Source: the human T2T-CHM13v2.0 reference genome, Homo sapiens. From it: 64,000 bases of DNA. Made by a program: the position numbers and the translations under genes. The DNA is taken from NCBI RefSeq assembly GCF_009914755.1, contig NC_060935.1. One strand, given 5' to 3'. The notes under the pieces are model-generated. The model had not been told where the DNA came from, did no database searches, and was given only the letters and a program-made list of their open reading frames with translations. This document shows, piece by piece, positions 25,320 to 38,350 of the stretch. How positions within the stretch are numbered: position 1 is the stretch's first letter; each line of letters starts with the position of its first letter.

Positions 25320-26167
25320 GTTCCTTCTCTTGTGTTTCCTAGTTTAATGAATGACAGCACCATCCCATTCTAGAAACCAGGGAGGCATTTTGTCTCTTCC
25401 TGCTCCCAGGTGTTCTGTATTCCATTAGTTTCTAAGCCCAGTTTATTTCCACCTCCTACACATTTTGGAAACTTATCTTCACCCTTCACGCCCACTACCA
25501 AAACCTTAGAACTGTGTAATCTTTAACCTATATTACGGCAACATTTCCCCATGTTTTTTGGTTGTTATTGGTGGTGTTTCTACTCTCCCGTCTATATAAT
25601 TTTATTTGCTTCACTGTTCTCAGAGGGACCCTCCCGAAATGCAAAGCAAGTTATATCATAGTTGTAAGATCATCATCATTTCCCCATCACCTGTAAAGTC
25701 AAGTTCTTACCTCTCCATGTGGCACACACGGTCATCTACAACCCGTTGCCCACATATATTTTCACTCTCATTTCCCGTAAACGTGACCACTTGATACCTC
25801 AAGCCCTCTTAACCTATGAACCTGTTATTCCCTGGGCTGTCAATACCTTTGTTCCTCCTCTTTGCCTGGTCAATCCCACTCATTTATCAACTGTTCAAGG
25901 ACCAGATCAAATGAATCTTCCTCTACGAATGCTTCTCTTCCAGCCTTTAAATCCTGTAAGAGTTGACTCTTCCCTCCTTAGGTTTGTTTAGTTCTTATGT
26001 ACTAACACAGGTTCATGCTCTTTTGCTATAATGTGTTGTCATTTCTATCTCCCTTTCGAGATCATGTGGCTCCTTCATGGCTTTGTCATAGTGATGCCCA
26101 TAGTTCCTAGGACAATGCTTGGCCCAAAGTATGCTCTTGATGAAACTTATTGAACAAGCTGAATGAA
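25320..26167 (+). mobile_element. L2 LINE 3' region
   Basis: 'aatgacagcaccatcc...ctagaaaccagggaggca', 'ctttgcctggtcaatcccactc', ending 'cctaggacaatgcttggc...tattgaacaagctgaatgaa'. Confidence 0.7.
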
Positions 26168-26886
26168 GACTAAATGATTTCAGTGATGAACCTGTGATGG
26201 TTTGAGGCTTAAGGCATACCCTGAAGAAAGCAAGCTCCTCCAATATTTAGTGGCATATCAGCTGATCAAAAATACAGTATTTAATCACATGAGACTTTTG
26301 TCAGGAAAAATTAAGATCCTCAGGGATGTAACAATTTATAAATAAGTATTGCTGCAAATAATCTTTCTTTATATATAAAGGTCACCTGCAAACACACACA
26401 CACACACACACATCTACAAAAAAAAAAAAAAACTCATGGGTACAAGGAATGATAGAATGCTATTTCTTAGCACTCTGGTCTACTGCATCCTCCTGGGTTC
26501 TTCATTGCTGTTGACTGCCATCTCAGATAATTCACAGGTGGGACGCAAAGGAATCCCTGAGGTTCAAATTGTATATTAGCACAACTTTGAGGTATATCAA
26601 AAGTAATTAGGTTGCAACAATGTTTTTTGAAATCACCTGGATTTTTCCATCCCTTCCTTTTTGGAGAACCTCAGCCTCTGCTTGGATGCACTTTGCTTTG
26701 CCTTCTGAAGACATCATCTCCCAGCTCTGCTCCTGAGTGGGGGATGGAGGCTATTGATGGCAGGGCACCTGTCCTAGCTGTCTATTTTAATTAAACTTTT
26801 CAAGCTGTCTCTGGGTGGCCAGATAAGCAAAACAAAAGACCTTAGGTCTTTTAAAAAAGCTATACACTTTCTAAATCACCATTATG

Positions 26887-27055
26887 GGCCATGTGTGGTG
26901 GCTTGTGCCAGTAATCCCAGTGCTTTGGGAGTATGAGGTGGAACAATTACTTGAGCTCAGGAATTTGAAGCTGCAGTGAGCTATGGTCGTGCCACTGCAC
27001 TCCAGGCTGGGCAGTGGAGTGAGACCCAGTCTCAAAAACAAAAACCAAAAAACAA
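26887..27055 (+). mobile_element. FRAM-like free right Alu monomer
   Basis: Monomer from GGCC to an A-rich tail; TSD AAATCACCATTATG (26873-26886) / AAATCACTAGTATG (27056-27069). Confidence 0.8.
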
Positions 27056-28299
27056 AAATCACTAGTATGTGTTCAATACAGTAAATTCCATACACATCCT
27101 AAACATAACATAAATGCAAACGTTGTTCTCAATCTGTGGCAAGATATATTTATACTTTGTGTTATTTGGTTTGGTTCCTTTTTGTCTGGTTCTTAGGAGG
27201 AAGACAGGATAACAGAGCAGAATTCCATTGGACAGGGTTGTCATTGGGTCCTTGTGATTAAATCTATATTGAGGGCAGTCTTTCAAAGGTGAAAATCATG
27301 GAAACCCATAAGTAGTTTCCGGGTCTCTTCTTGGTGTGTATTGTAGAACAGAGCCCTCCACTGCAGGAGCATCAACTAATGGTCCTGAATTGCCTACACA
27401 TTCCCAAAGTCTGCAGCCTGTGGCATACCCAATGACAGGTAGATTTGGAGTAAGTAAAATATGGAGCAGTCTGGGAGCATTTTGTTGGCTCCTTCTTCGA
27501 TTTCATCAGATGGTCCCAGCTCAGTTATCAGCTTTGATTTTTAGATGGTGTCTGGGGAGAAGAACATTTCTAGCTCTTGCTCAGGCAGGAATGGCCCAGC
27601 TCCTGCCTTCCCCTTTCTTTGCCAGCATTGTCCTCTAGGAGGATGACAACCCCGTGGGGCACAGAACCGCTTCTCTGATAGGATCTCTTCCCCAGGGCAG
27701 CTACTCCCCTAGGGAACTGACTGAGTAGAGACATCCTAAATGCCGAGGAGTGATGGCACCATGAAGCCCCCAGATATGGGCCCCATGGGTGGCAAACAAG
27801 GAAATGTTCCAGATGCCAACGGTGCTGCCCTTGTTTATGACCGAGAGGAAGTTAACCCATCTCCAAGGGAACAGAGTCAATGGAAAGTTTCTTGCGTTTG
27901 CCAGAAAATGATAGTTTCATATCTTGTGGATGAAAGTTTGTGTTCTGAGAGCTGTCATGGTGGAGACATGCCCTTGGAACCGAAGACAGACAGACAGAAG
28001 ATTTGAAAAAAGAGTGAAAATGAACACAAGTGACAAGATTAGAAAGGAGGATGCCTCTAATGTCAAATTCTTATCCAGTCCCCAAGTCACCTTCCCCTGG
28101 CAAGAATTAGGCCCTTATAACTGGAAGTTACAACTACCTCTCCCCTTCCCCCAAACAGAGGGAAGCAGGTAGACAGAATATTGTCAAGAGTGTACATTTA
28201 GAAGAACAATCTCCTCTATACAGATTACATGAAAAGCAGAGTATTATAACTTAATGCTTCAGGTTACACTTTTACTGGAAATGATATTTAATAATTAAT

Positions 28300-28435
28300 A
28301 AGTCAGAGTACCCAAGTTTAAAGCCTGGTTCTGCTACTTTCAAGTTGTGAATTCTTAGACAAATTACTTAAAGTTTCTGTGCCTCAGTATTCTGCTCTGT
28401 AAAAAGACCACATAATAGCACCTAACACATAGGAA
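28300..28435 (+). mobile_element. MIR, interrupted by Alu
   Basis: 'ggttctgctactt...caaattacttaaagtttctgtgcctcagt...ctgtaaaa...ataatagcacct'. Confidence 0.75.
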
Positions 28436-28736
28436 TTTTTTTTTTTTTTTTTTTTTGAGGTGGAGTCTCACTCTGTCAGCCAGGCTAGAGTGCAGTGGTG
28501 TGATCTCGGCTCATTGAAACCTTCGCCTCCCAGGTTTAAGTGATTCTTCTGCCTCAGCCTCCCAAGTAGCTGGGACTACAGGCGTGCGCCACCACACCCA
28601 GCTAATTTTTGTATTTTTAGTAGAGACGGGTTTTCACCGTATTGGCCAACCTGATCTCGAACTCCTGACCTCGTGACTCACCTGCCTCAGCCTCCCAAAG
28701 TGCTGCCATTACAGGCGTGAGCCACCGCACCCAGCC
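28436..28736 (-). mobile_element. AluS (Sg/Sc-like)
   Basis: Full-length reverse Alu; GGAATTTTT on both sides. Confidence 0.95.
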
Positions 28737-30280
28737 TTGGGAATTTTTATAATTAAGAGAAAAACCATATCTGAGGAAATTATGTTGTGAATGTTAGCTA
28801 TTATTGTTGCATACTATCTGGGACAGAAACCTAATGATAGGTGTACACACTGTCTTGGTGTCTGTGCATGCGTGTGTGTTTGTGTGTGTGTGTGTCTGCA
28901 AAGGGGAATTTCAGGTGATTTGTAACTTTTTTTCTTTTTTTAACAGTGTGTCATGACAGCCAGAGGCAGGCGATTCCAGTATTTTAAAGCAAACATAGAG
29001 ATGAATATTATCTCTCCAGTTAAGCCAATGGAAGAAGTTGGGCTTAAAGTTGAGTAACTAAAGTAGGGTAACTAGGTTGCTATGTATGTCTCAGTGGCCA
29101 GGACATGCTCTGTAATCAATGAGTTGTTTTGTGAGTTGGGTAAGCTGGTCAGAGGAATGAAAAAACAGAACATGATTCAGAAAGCAATGGCCTTCACCTC
29201 CACCTGATCATTGACGCCCCGACCCTGTGAAAGACACTTGACATTTTGTACTTCAAGCTCCTCCTGTAAAAGTAGAGACGTGGACAAGAGTCCATTTTTA
29301 AAGTGCAGAGGTGGTTTAAATCCTTTCCTCATCATGACTGAGTGATACTGCCAAGATCTTTCAACATTAAGTGCCTATTAAGCGCTCTCCTTTCTGGAAG
29401 TCTAGGTTCCTGGGCCTAAAACTAGTAATAAACTTATCTTACTTCTAACCTGGAAGACACATTTTTAAATTAATATGACTATGCTGTATCAACTCTGTGA
29501 TGTGCCGCACAGGGATGTGTGGGTCTTTGTGTTTGGCTGCAGGAGGCACTGTTGTTGATCCTATGGTGCCTTACTCAATTAGATGCTTCTTGGAGCATTT
29601 GAATGAGGGGCTAGCAGGGGGTGTGGGGGTATGGGGTGGGAGTGGAGGGTGAGTAGTGGTCTGTCATGGCTGTATCTCTGAGAAAATGGGCAATGTCAGC
29701 TTACAATTGGAATATCAAAAGAACTAAGCTCCAGAGTCAATCATATAACTCACTTTGCAGCATGCAGCTCAGCTTTTGAGGGGTGGTATCTCTGCTGCTG
29801 TCTAGAAATTCTGCATCAAGGTAACTGAAAAGAAAAACAGTTACCTACCAATGAAATGTTGTCCCCTACAGCCTTCCATTAACATGTTCTGTTTAGTACT
29901 GACATACGAAACCAGGAAGCGCCTTAATGAACTTGCCGAGCCTTTTGTGCTATGACATTGCTCCCTTTGAGCCCAGCCTCTTGAGAAACAGACACCATTC
30001 TGTGCAAGGCGGATGCTTGAGGTTGATGTGGGCCTGTACTGAAGTTGCCTTCTTTCCTTTGGAAGTTCTTCTGCGTGCTTCCTTGGGAGCAGCACAGAGC
30101 CCCTGCAGCCCTCCCTAGTGCTAACCCCTCCAGCCTGGACACTCTGCACAGCCCTCCTCATACCTGACACACTCATTCTGATTAGCTTACGATACAGAGA
30201 CCTGGGAATATCCATACCCATCCAGCAGCCCGTCATGATTCAGATTGTCAGGGAATTGGAGGACAGACAGGGAGGCCTGT

Positions 30281-30349
30281 TTTCTAATCCTCAGGGTTTT
30301 ATATAATCCTCCTGGTTTTATGATTTCTAATCCTCCTGGTTTTATGATT
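30281..30349 (+). repeat. ~24-bp tandem triplication
   Basis: TTTCTAATCCTC(A/C)(G/T)GGTTTTAT(G)A, three copies. Confidence 0.85.
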
Positions 30350-31479
30350 CCAAAGGGTTCAACCACCTCTGTTCTTTTTCTTAGAGCTACAAGTCTGTTT
30401 GGTTCTCAAGTGGTTAGGATTTCCTACCTTTTTGGTATACGCGCATTCTATATTAAAACAGCTCCAAGGTGATCCCCTGAGAAGTTTAGACTATTCTTTG
30501 CTAATGGGGTTGGCAATGTCCTAGTAACCCAGGCAGTGTATGCCTTGGCCTAAATAGTAGGGAGCTGGAAAGTCAAACAAATGTTATCGGAATAGCTACA
30601 CATAAGGTTCACGTCTTTGAGAGGATAGTGTCAGCTGGAGGAGAAGGGGTGCCATCCCCTACCCTCGCTGGATCTCTGCGAGTGGCTTCATGACGACTGA
30701 ACAGGACTTGAGCCTGTAGGAGATGGAAGATTGATTTCAGGTTTCTTATGTACCATTCTACAGAGTGTGACTCACGCTGATCTCAGAAAATGAAAAAGAA
30801 AGAAAGAAAGAAAACAAAGCTAAGCAAATTCAGCAAAACTTAATAATTAGTGAATTTCAATAATAGACATATGGGTTTATTTTACCATGTTTCTGTGATG
30901 CTTGAATATTTTCTTAATAAAAAATCAAATTCAATATCGAATTGAAGGATTCATTATGGAAGACCCGCAAGGAGGTTTTAAAAGAACAAGCAGGAGGAAG
31001 TTTGCGTTTGTTTACTTCCCACGGCCAGCGTGTTTTGCGGCTGACTTGGATTTCTCCTGGTGAGGCAGACTCCAGGATCACACATTTCCAGCCATGTGCC
31101 CAAGGCCTGGTCTAAAACTCTTCTTTTTATTCTCTTTAGTAAAACATATGGCTATTCCGAACAGTATTTATTGTGTTACACACAAAAAAACTTATCTACG
31201 ACTGCTGGTATTTCAATCGAGTGTTTCTTGACAGTTCTCTGGTAAAGTGATTAACCAGCTGTCTTTTTACTTTTAAGAATATGCTTTGCTTCTCCACTCC
31301 TTTTTTCCCATTCACATCCTTCATATCCATCAGGAAAAGCTAGGTATATTCACCACACAGTCTCAAATTTGTTAGATAAAATTCCTGACCCTTAAGAATT
31401 TTGTCTTTAAAATAGAGGCAAAACACATAAAATAATGTCTCAGTTTCAAAGGTCATTATACCTGAGTTCTATATGAGTC

Positions 31480-31810
31480 AAAATATAGGTTAAGACGCTG
31501 TAATCAGGCCTCTCCCAAAACAGTGGCTTAATCAAGGTAGAAATGTATTTCTCTTTCAAATAGTGGTCTAGGGCTAGTGGAGCAACCTTGACAGCCACAG
31601 CTTTGACTCTAGCTCCAAAGTGGCTGCTTCAGCACTTACCATCACACCTATGACCCAAACAACAGGGAGGAGTAAGGGAACATGAGAGGCTCACTTTCGT
31701 TCCTTCTTAAGACTTGGCCTTAAAGTGTATACATCCCTTCTGCTGTCATCCCATTGCCCACCTAACTGCAAAGGTGGGTGGGAAATGCAGTCTCTAGCAT
31801 GGAAAACAGG
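31480..31810 (-). mobile_element. Old MLT1 (J/K-like) MaLR LTR
   Basis: 'aacagtggcttaatcaagg..aatgtatttctct', 'tggctgcttcagc', 'catcccattgcc..cctaactgcaaagg..tgggaaatgcagtct'. Confidence 0.65.
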
Positions 31811-34800
31811 GAGAGATATTGGTGAAAGCTAGAACTGTCTGCCTCAACCAGCTAGTGACACATCAGGACTCAAATTCGACTGTTTTGACTCTGCAATTGG
31901 TGCTATTTAAAACAGGAAACAGCAAGTTAAAAAATGATTTGTTCACAAAGACAAAGGAGCACAATTGCTGCCCCACGTGTCTTCAGGAGATTCTGCAGGT
32001 AAAAGTTTTGAACCAATCCTGTGAAGTAACTGGCCTTTGCAACTCACAGACAGAAGTGACTCTCCCTATTCAGTCACACTTTTTGCTTGGCTTTATCTTT
32101 CACGGAAGGCTAGGAGGTTTTCCAGCTTTCTACATGGAAGATCCCGTTCTTCCTCACTTTGAGATTGCAGAGATAGCTACCTGAACGCAGATCCCCGTAG
32201 TCATAAACGCAGTCAAAGAAATTTTGATTCAAAAATACACTATACAAGGTCGTAGCCAGAATATATGTTCCAACATGCCATCAATTCTCTAGTAATCATA
32301 TGCTACTTAGAAAAAAATCAATACCATGAGGTTGGCTGCAGTATAACACACAAGGAAGAGAACCTTTTGTGGAATTTATTTTCCATTAGATTCTTGTCCA
32401 GTGCTCTAAATTCCAGAAGTGATTGGCTTCCTACATGCTTTATTCATTCTGCTGACTCCTCCCTTCCTCCTTTCTTCCAGTCACATCTATTGAATATGAA
32501 AAAGCCATATTCAAAGCTTAATGTATTCTTCATGAAAAACCTTTAAGGCCATCTCAATAAGCACAACCATTTCTTATTTAATAAACAATCGCTCTCTCAT
32601 TAAATGTAAATTAGTTCTTTATCCTTAGCTGTATTTGTTGAATCTATTACTTACTGTGTTTACCAATTTTGTTTCCTTTGGCTCCAGAGCTTTCTGTAAA
32701 CTACTCATAAATATGAAGTTGAAAGGAAGGCCCTTTCTCTGTGTGTAAGCACCTGCACAAGCCACTTTGAACAGCCCTCTTCTTCAAGTCAGCTCTGTCT
32801 TTCCCATGCCCCCAGGCTGACCATCCCGGCTACCTACACATAGGGCAGCAAGATTCCGGGTGGCGTGCAAGATCACCCTGGACCTTCGTCTCTCAGAAAA
32901 GCCAGTGTCCACCTTCCTAGTTCTGTGTTGCAAAAGTCAGAAGTGGCTGCAGGTGCAACCTGAAGGGAACAAGCGCAGTCAGGCTTTTACCGAGGAGAAA
33001 TGGGTTATTTCGGTGGCAGCAGCATTTGGCGCTTCCATTCACTGGGCCCCAACATGTCCAAGTTTCCTGGCTTAGAAGGGCACAGTGTAAGGCCCATCTG
33101 TTCCAGCAGGCTTTCCCTGATTAGATAGGATGCTTGGCAAACAGAATCCCAGATAATGGATATTTGAATATTTTTGTAATTTCCAGGCTTGTGCCTAACA
33201 GCTTAGCAGTTGGCCCTATGTTTAAAGAAAATGGGTAATAATCATGACTAATGTGGCAATTTCCATTCAAAAATTTCCAATGGTGCTTAATTAAATCTTC
33301 CAATAACATTTGGAAACAAAAGTTCCCCCATCCATTGTATCCATGAAGAAGACAGAGTGAAAGGATAGTGGGTGGACTCTTGAGACACTCATTGTGGCCA
33401 AACCCAACCAAGGCAAAAAACTGTGGCCATTCACTTAGTTACAGATCCCAGAGGATCCCCTACAACCCAGCCCTTTAAATGGAACTGGTCTATTTTCATT
33501 CCTTCAGTCTCCGCTGGGGGACAGGCAGGAGGTGGAGTGAGAGAACAATTTGTTAGTATCCCAGATACTCTGTTATTCCCACCGCACAGAGACACAACTA
33601 CTGCATTGCCCCACACTTTCCTTTCCTGGCCCGAGAAAGCCTCATTCCTTCGGCCTTCATCATCATCCTTCTTCTTCACCTCCTTTTGTTTCCTTTGCCT
33701 CATCTATGAAATCAGGCAAACAGGACTCACCCTTTACCCTCTAGGGATGTTGGAAGATTGATAACATGTCAAGAAACAGACTGGATTTATTTGAATTTCA
33801 CAATGTCCTATTTAAAGAGAGAAGAGGCGACTGAATAAAGAAATTTGGAAGCCACTCTCTGTGATTTTATTTTTAAGTCATTTTTCTCTCTGTTATTACT
33901 ACTTTTTATTTTTTAGGATTTTTTTGGTCTGGTTCTACTGCAATTCAAAGTGTTTTATAAGGGTCCCAACTGGTGCTGGGAAGCAGGCCACGCACTGAAG
34001 CAGGGCAGAGAGAAGGAGGATGCAGCCAGTCAGGCCTGGGGACCGACAGCCCTGTCACGCTGACTTATGATGGATGAGGGAAAAGTCTATTTCTCATCCG
34101 CAGTGGGGGAGGTGAAGTGTAAAGAAAGATGCTCCCAGAGTCTCTGGGCGATTCATCTTGCAGCAGATAAACTCTAGAAGCTACAGAGTTGTGAAGGAGA
34201 GAGAGGAAGAATTGAAGAATCAAATTCATTATGTGAAGTATAATCTCATGAGGAAATATCAAAATATGTCAGCAGCACCCAAGACGGGAAGGTGGGGAGA
34301 GGGTGGGGAATTCGCTGATGGTATTTGTCAGTTGCTAAGCCAGGCGTGGAGGGGAGAGTTCCTGGGTTCCACTGCTCTCCTGCAAACAGCCTTCCCCACC
34401 AAATTCCCAAGGAGGCCCGGCAGAGCCCATGGCATGTCATGATGGATGAAGCCAGGAGATGCAGCCAGCACACAGGAGACCTCTTTGAAGGCGCTCTTCC
34501 CCTGTCTAAAATTCACTTTCGCTACTTTTCCTTCGTGTTTCTTAAATTTAGACTCTGCAGAAGGCTAACATAGAGGTTAGATATGCATAAGTAATCCCAT
34601 TAACAGTGGTACAGGGTGCTTTCTTTCTGGAACATTTTGTAATTATGTCTTTCCTAACCACTTCCTGTTTGTTCCCAAATTTTAGCAGAGCTCTACCTGG
34701 TGACAAACAGCCCGAACCTTGCAAATGAAAATAATTTGGGGACCCATTTCCTGCCCCTTTAACCATGCTTAGTGGACTGGAATTCTCTGAGTCCTGCATA

Positions 34801-34889
34801 TGCATGAGGTCTGCAGACCTGGGCCCTCCATGGCCCCAGGGGGAGAAGATGCAGAAAGCTTCTCTGACTCTGGGCATGGGGCAGGCTCT

Positions 34890-35100
34890 GTCATTTCCAT
34901 CTCTGTCCCGCTTCTCATTCTCAGAGTGACCTTGGGCAAATCACTTTCACCTCCTTGAGACTCAGTTTCCACATCTGGAAAGCTGAGATAATAGCTACCT
35001 GCCTCCTGGGGGAAACTGCAAGGCTTAATTAATTAATGTTTGGCAAAGCTTCCTAGACCTTTGCTTGAAAGAATCCATGCAAGTGCAAATTATTATTATT
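34890..35100 (+). mobile_element. Ancient CORE-SINE (MIR1_Amn-like)
   Basis: CORE 'gtgaccttgggcaaatcacttt...ctcagtttccacatctg' followed by tail 'aggcttaattaattaatgtttggcaaagc...aagtgcaaattattattatt', unlike the mammalian MIR tail. Confidence 0.6.
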
Positions 35101-36164
35101 ATATCACTGGAGCCTTAGCTCCAATTTTGCTTCTGAGGCTAATGATTATTTCTTTTCTGAAGGAAAATATTAATTTTAACTCCAAGTAATTTATCGGGTA
35201 GTGGGAAAAAAAATTACCATTTGTCAAGGACGGCACTCTCTAAATGGAAGTTCTAGCAGCCCCTCTCTGGGGAAGACTGCAAGAAAAATCTTCCTATTTT
35301 ACCATCATCCCTGGGCATCTTCTCTACAAGGCTCGTCCCCGCTCCCCTTTCTTCACTTTCTTCCCACCGGGTGATGGGTGTTAGCCTGGGCGGGCCAGGG
35401 CCAGACCTTAGCTGAACTTGCTTTCTATTTCTCCTGTGACAGCTCCAGACACTTTTTTTTTTTTTTTTTTTTTTTTTTGGCTCAGCACAGAAACCAAATA
35501 CCACATATTTTTAAGAAACAATACTTAGTACAATACCCTTGGATTGATTTCAAATAACTAGGCACCCTCTCTCTTAAAAGTTTCAAACTAATTTACTGTG
35601 TCAAATGAACCCCCTTCCCTAAGACAATGGCCTGTGCTTTTTATGGTGATAAAAATAGTGCAAGGCATTGGTGGTCATTTTCTCCTTTTTGATTTTCTGT
35701 CCATGAGGCTTAATGAATGGCCTGGCTCTCTATGCTAGGTTCCCAATGGCCCCTAGAGCAAACCATCTCTACCGTTCCTTCGCTGTTTTTAAAACAGCCT
35801 GCAAGTGCTTATGTGGCTGCGTTGCCAAAGAGAGACCTGACTCTGCTCCCCAGACCTTGTCCTGGTCCTGCAACCTGAGGCCACCAAGAAAGTAAAATTA
35901 GTCTTTGCTTCACTAGGAACACTGTAATTGCTTATCAGCTTCAACTGCAGAAGCAGACATTTTGTGCAAGGCTTTCTCTGCCAGTGGTTTATGCCCCTTG
36001 ATTCCTGCAGGTTCTTTTGGAATTAGTCAGTATCTACTCCATTTTACTAAGGGAGGAACTGACTAACCATGAGGTCCTTTTCACTCCCTCTTTCTTTCAT
36101 CCTGGTGCAGATAGTCCCTATGCCACCCTATTTATTTATGCCACCTTATTTATTTGTTTGTTTG

Positions 36165-36378
36165 TTTTTAAACAAAGGAAAATTATTTCCCATAATTCTG
36201 GAGGCTGGAAGTCTGAGATCAGAGTGCCACCATGGTCTGGTTTTGGTGAGGACTCTCTTCCTGGCTTGCAGACAGCCACCTTCCCACTGTGTGCTCACAT
36301 AGTAGAGGGATAGGGTGGGTAGGGGGAGAGAGAGAGGGAGGGAGAGAGAGAGAGCAGGCTCTTTAGTGTCTCTTCTTT
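36165..36378 (-). mobile_element. MLT1 (A/B-like) LTR fragment
   Basis: 'ttctggaggctggaagtctgagatcagagtgcca...tggtgaggactctcttcctggcttgcagacagccaccttc'. Confidence 0.85.
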
Positions 36379-36384
36379 TTCAAT

Positions 36385-36632
36385 TTTTTTTTTATTTTTC
36401 CAGCTTTTTTGAGGTATTGTTGATATACAAAAATGGCACATAATTATTGTATACAACATGGTGAGTTTGGACATTTGTGTATACTCATGTTATCATCACT
36501 ACCATCAAGGTAACAAATATATCCATCACCTCCAAGAGTTTCTTCATGTCCATTCATTTTACTTCTTTTATTTTAAATTTTAATTTCTTATGGCAAGAGC
36601 ACGTACCATGAGATCTAGCCCCTTAACAATTG
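36385..36632 (-). mobile_element. L1MA/L1MB 3' end fragment
   Basis: 'ttgaggtattgttgatatacaaaaa...gtatacaacatggtgagtttggacat...atatatccatcacctccaa'. Confidence 0.8.
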
Positions 36633-38287
36633 TGACTTTAATATTCATTTTCCTCTTTGAGCCTTCTTCAGACGTTGCTCCCTGCAAGAATATTCTTACA
36701 ACACACATGCTCAGACACATGCTCACATGCACACACATACACACACATACACACACACACACCTTTCTTCTGTAAGTGAAGCCCTTCGCTTCCTCTACGT
36801 CTGCCCATGTGTGCACTGCCCAGGCCGCAAAGCCCTTTCCCTTGCTGTGTTTCTAGTACCTGTCACCTACACCGCCATGCGGTATGGGACAGGACGACAT
36901 ACTCCTTCTTTGGTCCTTCTCACATCGCAGATGCTTGCGGTACCTCCCCCTGCATGAGAAGAACAGCACTTCTGAGGGAGCTGCAGACACCCTGGCGCGC
37001 ATGTTGGTGGTCTGCTCACCCCAACACTGTCCCCTGTGAACACAGGGAGCAGCCCCCTTCCTGCAGCTGACCCTTCACCGCCTCTCCAGGGACCTCCTGC
37101 CTCTCTGTCCACCTCCAGCCTCAACCAAACACCAGTAGCTTCCTGAACACTTTGTTTCTCATTGTCTGTGCCCTTATCCATGCTTGTCTCTCTGCCTGGC
37201 ATGGCATGAACTCTTCTTTCTGTCCAGAAAAATCCAACCAATATTGTTGGCCCAGGTAGAGCGTCTCCTCGTGAGGTTTCCAGGTCTCCTCCTGCCTCGC
37301 TGCTGCCTCCCAGGCGGTGAGAGCGGGGTTGGTTCTGTTCTCATGCCATTGCCACACCTTGTACACAGCTCGGTTGCTGGCATTCTCCATGCTGGGCTGA
37401 ACATCTTTGTTGTCATGGCTCCTTCCCCTTCCAGCCGCAGGGCATTGTGAGAGCAGTGTCTGGACTTTGTATGGTACTCAATAAATATTGGATGCATAAT
37501 TGAGTGAGCAAGTAAGTGCCTTTATGTTCTCCATTTTTAGAGCAAAAATTTATCATACATTTGAGCCATTCTGCAGTTGAGCTAGAAAGATGTCTGAGAA
37601 ATCTGCAAAGGGCCCTGAGATCCTGTGGGGACTCTGCCCCGTGACTTCTGAACACCCTGGACCTGGGGCACCTCACTGGAGTCATCTAGAGCCCCCATGT
37701 CCTCAGCACAACCATGTAACTCAGTTGCCCGTCTTTTGCCTAGCATTCTCAAGGGAGAATCGTGGTCCTTGTGCGGACCCATCTACATAGTCAGGAAGTT
37801 CTATTTCTGTTCTACCTGAAGTCCTATCAGCCCCAAACTAGAAAACACTGGGTTTTAGAAAAGGATGGGTAACCTGTGTGCACCTCAAGCCTGAAGTGGT
37901 TAGGAATGAAAATGTGATGTCGATATGAGATGATATTATTAGAAACCTGTTAAATGGACTCCTGACTTGTGCTCTTAACGTCTCTCCCTTCCAGAAAACT
38001 GCCCCACACCCGGTCTCATTTTGTGCAGTCAATATAATCCTGATAAGATCTATCACGGCGCTTATGGTGCGAGAAGAAATTAAACATTTAGGGGACTCCT
38101 CCAGCGCCACACTGATTGAGCTCAAATGATGCTGCTAAGTTGACAGATGCATTTGTCTGTTCTTGCTCGCCAGTAAGTCTCCCTTGCAGAATGTACAAAT
38201 TCCTTTACAAGGATGTAAAAACAAATCAGGAACTCCTTTATGCTGCTTTCTCCAGGAGGGAGTCTCCCCGTACCTGCCACTGGTGCA

Positions 38288-38350
38288 TGTGTGTGTGTGT
38301 GTCTCGATGTGCGTGTGTGTGTGTGTGTGTCTGTGTGTGTGTGCACGTGT
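38288..38350. repeat. imperfect (TG)n microsatellite
   Basis: Interrupted GT run. Confidence 0.85.

Noticed and set aside
26834-26852. Perfect palindrome AAAAGACCT-T-AGGTCTTTT
   Set aside because: 9-bp arms are expected by chance in 64 kb; half-sites are AGGTCT, not the nuclear-receptor AGGTCA.
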